Positions 59,124 to 64,000 of a stretch of DNA of 64,000 nt are shown here, piece by piece. The stretch covers positions 64,001 through 128,000 of the forward strand of contig CAWGYD010000006.1 in NCBI GenBank assembly GCA_963826785.1, written 5' to 3'. Both the position numbers and the translations under genes were made by a program. Origin of the DNA: an uncultured delta proteobacterium (GTDB taxonomy: Bacteria > Desulfobacterota > Desulfobacteria > Desulfobacterales > Desulfosalsimonadaceae). The notes under the pieces were generated by a model. It did not search any database, was not told the DNA's origin, and saw only the letters and a program-made list of their open reading frames with translations. The first letter of the stretch is position 1. Each line of letters begins with the position of its first letter.

Positions 59124-60902
59124 ATGAGTTCCCCCAAGCCTCCCCGCCGGATATCCGGCGACGACTTCTATGATGCTCAATTTTTTGAAGGGTACCGGCG
59201 GATCGGATATCCGGAAGAGTGGATCGAAGAAGGCCGGCAGCATGATCCGGGGGATGCCTATGTCATCAGCCACCCCAGCTGGTTTTCCGAACCCATGCCC
59301 GAAGTGCCCATGGTCTCCATCTATCAGCTGTTCAAGCAGACCGTGGTCGCCCACCCGGACGATACGGCCGTCATTTTCCTGGACAAGCCCATCACCTATG
59401 CCGCCTTAGATGACATGATCGGGCGCTATGCCGCCCTCCTTTGCGATCTGGGCATCAAAAAAGGCGATGTGGTGGCCACCATGCTCCCCAATTCCCTGCA
59501 GCACCTGGTGGCTTTCTATGCCGCGGCCATGATCGGCGCCGTGCACAGCCCCGTCGATGTCATGTACCAGGCCAAGGAGATCGAGGCCCAGCTGCGTGAT
59601 TCCGGGGCCAGGACCATCCTGATCATGGACCTGCTCTACGATAAGATCGAAAAACTCAAACAGGAAGGGCTGATCGATCATATCATCATCACCCGGGTGA
59701 GGGACTGGTCCAAGCCGGATGCGCGGGCCCCCCGGGCGCTGAAAATCTATTTCGACATCCCCAAGCGCCCCATGCCCGGGGCCATCGACATGTTCGCCGC
59801 CATTGAAAAGCTTTCCCCGCTTGCCGAACCGGCAACGGTCGCGCCGAAAACCGATCCCGCCCTCCTTTTGTACACCGCCGCCATTACCGGCAAATCAAAA
59901 GGCGTCATCGAAACCCATTTCAACCTGGTGTTCAATTCCATTTCCCATGCCCATGCATTCCGGCCATCCGGAATGGAGCGGGAAGTGAATTTTTCCATCA
60001 TGCCCATGTTTCACACGTCGGGGTATCTGCTTCACCAGCTTCCCGCCATCTACCAGGGGGGAACGGTCATCCTGATCCCGATATTCGACGTGGAAGATTC
60101 CTTCCGGATCATCGACACCTACGGGGTAAACGTCATCTTCGCCCCCCCCACGTTCTTCATTGCGCTGATGGCCCGAAAGGACCTGATGGAAGCCTATGAG
60201 CTCGACCGCATCCGGGTCACCATCTCCTGCGCCGCACCCGTCAAGAAGGAGGTTCAGGAACAATGGCGAAAAATGACCGGGCTTACACTCATCAACGGGT
60301 GGGGGATGACCGAAACCAACAGCGGCGGGATCATTTCCATTTCCGGGATCAAGGAGAAACTCGACTCCATCGGCGTTCCGCTCTATTCCGAAGTCAAAAT
60401 CACGGACATGGAAGGAAACATCCTGGCCCGGAACGAGGAAGGGGAAATCTGCTACCGGGGGCTTCAGGTTGCCGCCGGATACCTGAACCAGCCCGATGAA
60501 ACCGAGTCCACGTTCATGCCGGACGGCTGGCTTCGCACCGGTGACCGGGGATATATCGATGACGAGGACTTCGTCTTTTTTTCGGGCCGCATGAAAAATA
60601 TTGTCATTTCTTCCGGCTACAACATTTCCCCCCTGGAGGTCGAACACACGCTGTATCTGCATCCGGCGGTGGAGCAGGCGGTGGTGGTGGCCCAGCCGGA
60701 CCCGAAACGGGGAGAGAGCCTCAAGGCGGTCATTTCGCTGAAGCCGGAATACCATGGAGCCGTCACCGAAGAGGACATGATCAGCTTCTGCCGGGAGAAC
60801 CTGGCGGCTTTCAAGGTCCCCCGCATCATCGAGTTCCGGGAAACCCTGCCCAAGAGCGCGGTGGGAAAAATCCTGCGCCATGCGTTGCGTGATCCGGAAT
60901 AG
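59124..60902 (+). CDS. Long-chain acyl-CoA ligase-like AMP-binding protein
   Basis: AGGAG RBS; YTAAITGKSKG (variant P-loop), PMFH, GWGMTE, WLRTGD, PKSAVGKILR. Confidence 0.88.
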   Translation: MSSPKPPRRISGDDFYDAQFFEGYRRIGYPEEWIEEGRQHDPGDAYVISHPSWFSEPMPEVPMVSIYQLFKQTVVAHPDDTAVIFLDKPITYAALDDMIGRYAALLCDLGIKKGDVVATMLPNSLQHLVAFYAAAMIGAVHSPVDVMYQAKEIEAQLRDSGARTILIMDLLYDKIEKLKQEGLIDHIIITRVRDWSKPDARAPRALKIYFDIPKRPMPGAIDMFAAIEKLSPLAEPATVAPKTDPALLLYTAAITGKSKGVIETHFNLVFNSISHAHAFRPSGMEREVNFSIMPMFHTSGYLLHQLPAIYQGGTVILIPIFDVEDSFRIIDTYGVNVIFAPPTFFIALMARKDLMEAYELDRIRVTISCAAPVKKEVQEQWRKMTGLTLINGWGMTETNSGGIISISGIKEKLDSIGVPLYSEVKITDMEGNILARNEEGEICYRGLQVAAGYLNQPDETESTFMPDGWLRTGDRGYIDDEDFVFFSGRMKNIVISSGYNISPLEVEHTLYLHPAVEQAVVVAQPDPKRGESLKAVISLKPEYHGAVTEEDMISFCRENLAAFKVPRIIEFRETLPKSAVGKILRHALRDPE

Positions 60903-61066
60903 GAAGTCGGCCCTGAAATTAATTGGCGTTGCCAGCGTCGGGTTCATCCCCTGGCCCAAAGGACACGAACCGGCGGCATAAACCAGATGGTGGCCGGACG
61001 AAACATAGATATTTGATCAAAAAGACGGTTTCGTTCCGCCACTGAATATTGAGTGTCCCATATCCG

Positions 61067-62461
61067 ATGAATACCAATTCAAAGTTCTTCTCCGGACTCG
61101 CTGCGGCTGTCTGCATCTTTTTTCTGACGGGCGCGCCGGCGGCTTTTGCCCAAACGGAGACATACGCCCTTTCCGACCTGTACCAGGCGGCCCTGAAATC
61201 CGCCCAGCAGATCCGCATTGCCAAAAACCAGTTGTTTATCGCCGAAAAAGACCAAAACCGGGCCTTTTCCGTGCTGCTGCCCCAGCTGTCCGCCTTTGGC
61301 GATTACATCCGCTACAGCGAAAGCAGCCTGATTCAGCCGGAAACCAATTATGATTACGGCATCAAGCTCCAGCAGCAGTTTACGTTAAACGGCAAGGAAC
61401 TGATCCTGCTGAGGGCGGCAAAGGACACCATCAAGCAGCGCCGGTATGACCTGGATTCGGTTAAGGAATCCTATCTTTACCAGGTGGCGGTGGCCTATTA
61501 TGAAGTAGTGAACCGGAAAAAGCAGGTGGAGATTCTCAGGGAAAATGTCAAGCGGCTGACCGCCTATCGGGATGCGGTCAGGATCAAACTCAAGCTGGAG
61601 GAAGTCCCCAAGACCGACCTGCTTCGGACGGAAGCCGAGCTTTCCGGCGCCGCGGCCGAGCTGATCCGGGCGGAAAATGAATGGGTGTACGCCCGATCCG
61701 CCCTGGCCCGCATGGTGAACATTTCCCCGGATTTTTCCCTGTCCCCCCCGGAAACGAGAGTAAACGCGCAGATGCCCATCCAGGGGCGGCTGGATGAGTT
61801 TGTCGATATCGCCCTGAAAAGCCGGGCGGACATGAAATCCGCTGAGATGTCGGTGAGCCTTGCCGATGATGACATTTCCATATCCAAGGGAGACTACTGG
61901 CCGGTGGTGGGGATCGAAGCGGGCTACCTGGCCCAGGAGACCGACCCTTCCGTGCTGTCCCAGGACAGCATATACGGCGCCGCCAACATCAACCTGATCC
62001 TGTTCGACTGGGGACTTCGCAAGGGAACGGTCAGCCAGAACCGGGCCCGGAAACGCATCGCGAGCCTCCAGGCGGATGAACTGGCCAAGCAGATCGCCCT
62101 GGAAGTGGAAAGGGCCTGGCTGGCCTTGAACACGGCCCAGAATACCATTACCGCCCTGCAGGATAAGCTGGTTTTTTCCCGGGCGGCTTACGAGGCCGTC
62201 ACCCTGCAGTTCAAGCTGGGTCAGGCCGACAGCCTGGACGTGCTGGACGCCAATACCACCCTGCGCAATGCCGAGCGCGAACTGACGGAAGCCGAATTCG
62301 TCCTTTCCCTGTCTAAAATCGCGCTGCAGCGGGCCCAGGGGATTTTTCTCGATCAAATCACCGCCGGCGACATGAGCCGCGGCTGTGCTCCCGAAAAATC
62401 AGATGATGCCGCGCAGCGGGGTGGGGCGCTTTCAAGGAACCTGATAAAGAACTCTTTTTAG
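61067..62461 (+). CDS. TolC-family outer-membrane efflux protein
   Basis: Signal peptide; two OEP repeats (LLPQLS..VAVAYY; YWPVV..LFDWG..LDVLDA). Confidence 0.92.
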   Translation: MNTNSKFFSGLAAAVCIFFLTGAPAAFAQTETYALSDLYQAALKSAQQIRIAKNQLFIAEKDQNRAFSVLLPQLSAFGDYIRYSESSLIQPETNYDYGIKLQQQFTLNGKELILLRAAKDTIKQRRYDLDSVKESYLYQVAVAYYEVVNRKKQVEILRENVKRLTAYRDAVRIKLKLEEVPKTDLLRTEAELSGAAAELIRAENEWVYARSALARMVNISPDFSLSPPETRVNAQMPIQGRLDEFVDIALKSRADMKSAEMSVSLADDDISISKGDYWPVVGIEAGYLAQETDPSVLSQDSIYGAANINLILFDWGLRKGTVSQNRARKRIASLQADELAKQIALEVERAWLALNTAQNTITALQDKLVFSRAAYEAVTLQFKLGQADSLDVLDANTTLRNAERELTEAEFVLSLSKIALQRAQGIFLDQITAGDMSRGCAPEKSDDAAQRGGALSRNLIKNSF

Positions 62462-62570
62462 ATTTCGCCAAAGTACGTGCACGGACTGCGGGCCGCATTC
62501 CCCTTGAAGTGAATCAATTTTGTATTTTCAGAGCGTTGACAGGAAAAACCATTCCGGGAGATCATGACAG

Positions 62571-63953
62571 ATGACGGACGACCGACAGGACACACCCGCC
62601 CCCCCGTTTGCCAAAAAACTGCTGAAACGGCTGTGGGGGCTTCTTCCCATTGCGGCGCTGGTCGCAATCATCACGGTGCTTTCCATGATGATTGCGGCCA
62701 AAACAGACAAGCTCGATGCCCTGAAGAAGGGGATCGACACACTGGAGGCCATGGAACTGGCCATCGGCCAGGCCGATGGCGTGGTGTCCGTGGTCCAATC
62801 CGCAAAGGATCCAAACGACGCCGCCCAGAAGCTGGCCGAGAAGTTTTCACTTACCCCGGATCAGGCCAAAAGCATCCTGCACATGTCCATCGCTTCTTTG
62901 GCCGCATCTGAAAAGGCCCGGCTGGAAAAGCAGATCGCCTATATCAAGGGGCAGATCGCGGCCAACAAGCTCGACATCGAACCCGAGCGCCTGGATGTGA
63001 ACGTGGTGGCCCTTGCGCTTTCCCCCCGTGAACTCAGGGACCGGATCAACCTGCCCGGGGTGGTGGAACCCTGGGTGAAATACAATATCGTGGCCGAGGT
63101 CCGGGGGGAGGTCAGGGAAAAGCGGATTGAAAAAGGGACCCGGGTGAAGAAAGGGGATGTCATCGCGATACTGGATGACCGGGACCATGAAATTGCCCTG
63201 GAGGCGGCCAAAGCCTCCTATGACACCGCCCTGGCCTCGAAAAACCGGCTGGAAAAACTCTATGCCGAACAACTGGCCAGCCGCTCCCAGTTAGACGATA
63301 TCACCGCCCAGATGGAACAGTACAAGGCCCAGATGGACAGCGCCCTGCTCAACCTGGAGCGCTCCACCATCCGCAGCCCCATCGACGGGATCATCAACGA
63401 CCTGTTTGTGGAAAAAGGAGAGTACGTCAACGTGGCCGAACCCGTGGCCGAAGTCATCCGGATGGACAGGATCAAGGTCAGCGTGGGGATTCCCGAATCC
63501 GACGTGAGCGCGGTGGGCAGAGTGTCGGAATTTACGGTCGCCTTCGATGCCTTGAACGGCCGGGCGTATCCGGCAAAAAAGCACTTCCTGTCGCGCTCCA
63601 GCGATCCCAATGCCCGGCTCTACAAGCTGGAACTGGAAATCGACAATCCGGACAACGAGATCCTGCCGGACATGTTCGCCCGGGTGGATATCATCAAGAA
63701 GGAGGTGCCCGAAGCCATAACCATCCCCCTTTATTCCATCATCACCTTAAACGATGTCCAGACCGTATACGTGGTCAACGACAATTTCGCCCATGCCCGG
63801 CAGATCAAGACCGGGATCCAGGAAGGCTGGCGCATCCAGGTCACCGAAGGGCTCTCCCCCGGAGACCGGGTCATCGTGGTGGGACACCGCCGGGTCAGCG
63901 ACGGCCAGAAGGTCAATCTGATCCGCACGATCGACAGCATGACGGAATTGTAA
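62571..63953 (+). CDS. RND efflux periplasmic adaptor (MFP) with a GyrA/ParC-like helical insert
   Basis: N-terminal TM; lipoyl halves AEVRGEV..KGDVIAILD and IRSPIDGII; GIPESDV; ILPDMFARV; GLSPGDRVIVVG. Residues ~45-130 are GyrA-like. Confidence 0.92.
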   Translation: MTDDRQDTPAPPFAKKLLKRLWGLLPIAALVAIITVLSMMIAAKTDKLDALKKGIDTLEAMELAIGQADGVVSVVQSAKDPNDAAQKLAEKFSLTPDQAKSILHMSIASLAASEKARLEKQIAYIKGQIAANKLDIEPERLDVNVVALALSPRELRDRINLPGVVEPWVKYNIVAEVRGEVREKRIEKGTRVKKGDVIAILDDRDHEIALEAAKASYDTALASKNRLEKLYAEQLASRSQLDDITAQMEQYKAQMDSALLNLERSTIRSPIDGIINDLFVEKGEYVNVAEPVAEVIRMDRIKVSVGIPESDVSAVGRVSEFTVAFDALNGRAYPAKKHFLSRSSDPNARLYKLELEIDNPDNEILPDMFARVDIIKKEVPEAITIPLYSIITLNDVQTVYVVNDNFAHARQIKTGIQEGWRIQVTEGLSPGDRVIVVGHRRVSDGQKVNLIRTIDSMTEL

Positions 63954-63971
63954 CATGCAGGAGTCTTTGAT

Positions 63972-64000
63972 TTGATTATTTCCGATACCGCCGTTAAAAA
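63972..64000 (+). CDS. Probable start of the RND (AcrB-family) permease, cut by the window end
   Basis: AGGAG RBS at 63959; TTG start giving MIISDTAVK; position after tolC and the MFP. Confidence 0.55.

Noticed and set aside
62564..62911. Alternative ORF starting 7 nt before the MFP
   Set aside because: It is out of frame with the MFP, has no motif, and its RBS spacing is poorer than for ATG 62571.
1..64000. CRISPR arrays, prophage, IS elements, defence systems, rRNA/tRNA
   Set aside because: No regularly spaced repeats and no transposase, integrase, phage or structural RNA signatures were seen by eye. The AddB nuclease resembles Cas4 but belongs to the AddAB repair pair.

Overview
A GC-rich, gene-dense bacterial chromosomal segment of about 50 CDS. 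No rRNA, tRNA, CRISPR array, integrase or transposase is recognisable. The gene content (iorAB, a four-subunit 2-oxoacid:ferredoxin oxidoreductase, Hdr/MvhD/CCG proteins, 2-hydroxyacyl-CoA dehydratase subunits, CoA ligases, DUF6178) suggests an anaerobic Desulfobacterota (Desulfobacterales-like) organism; this is inference. Most of the window is housekeeping or metabolic: addAB-mutY, aldehyde dehydrogenase, panP, iorAB, rdgB, pckA, an SQR-like flavoprotein with DUF1641, ampG, lemA with an M48 peptidase, an OmpA lipoprotein and a TolC-MFP-RND efflux operon. Highlights: (1) an HdrA-MvhD selenoprotein that the ORF track splits at an in-frame UGA followed by a perfect SECIS-like hairpin, within a korDABC-hdrL-mvhD/hdrD-hdrA/mvhD cluster; (2) an RND periplasmic adaptor with an ~85-aa insert that aligns almost without gaps to the GyrA/ParC C-gate helical segment; (3) a CysRS paralogue with a rewritten Zn/cysteine pocket (WHIEC to WNIQD) and no anticodon-binding domain; (4) a frameshifted PilZ gene, a truncated DUF72 gene, a cryptic PlsC-like acyltransferase, a duplicated small-protein pair and several REP-like palindromes. 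All family calls come from motif recognition by eye, not from database searches.
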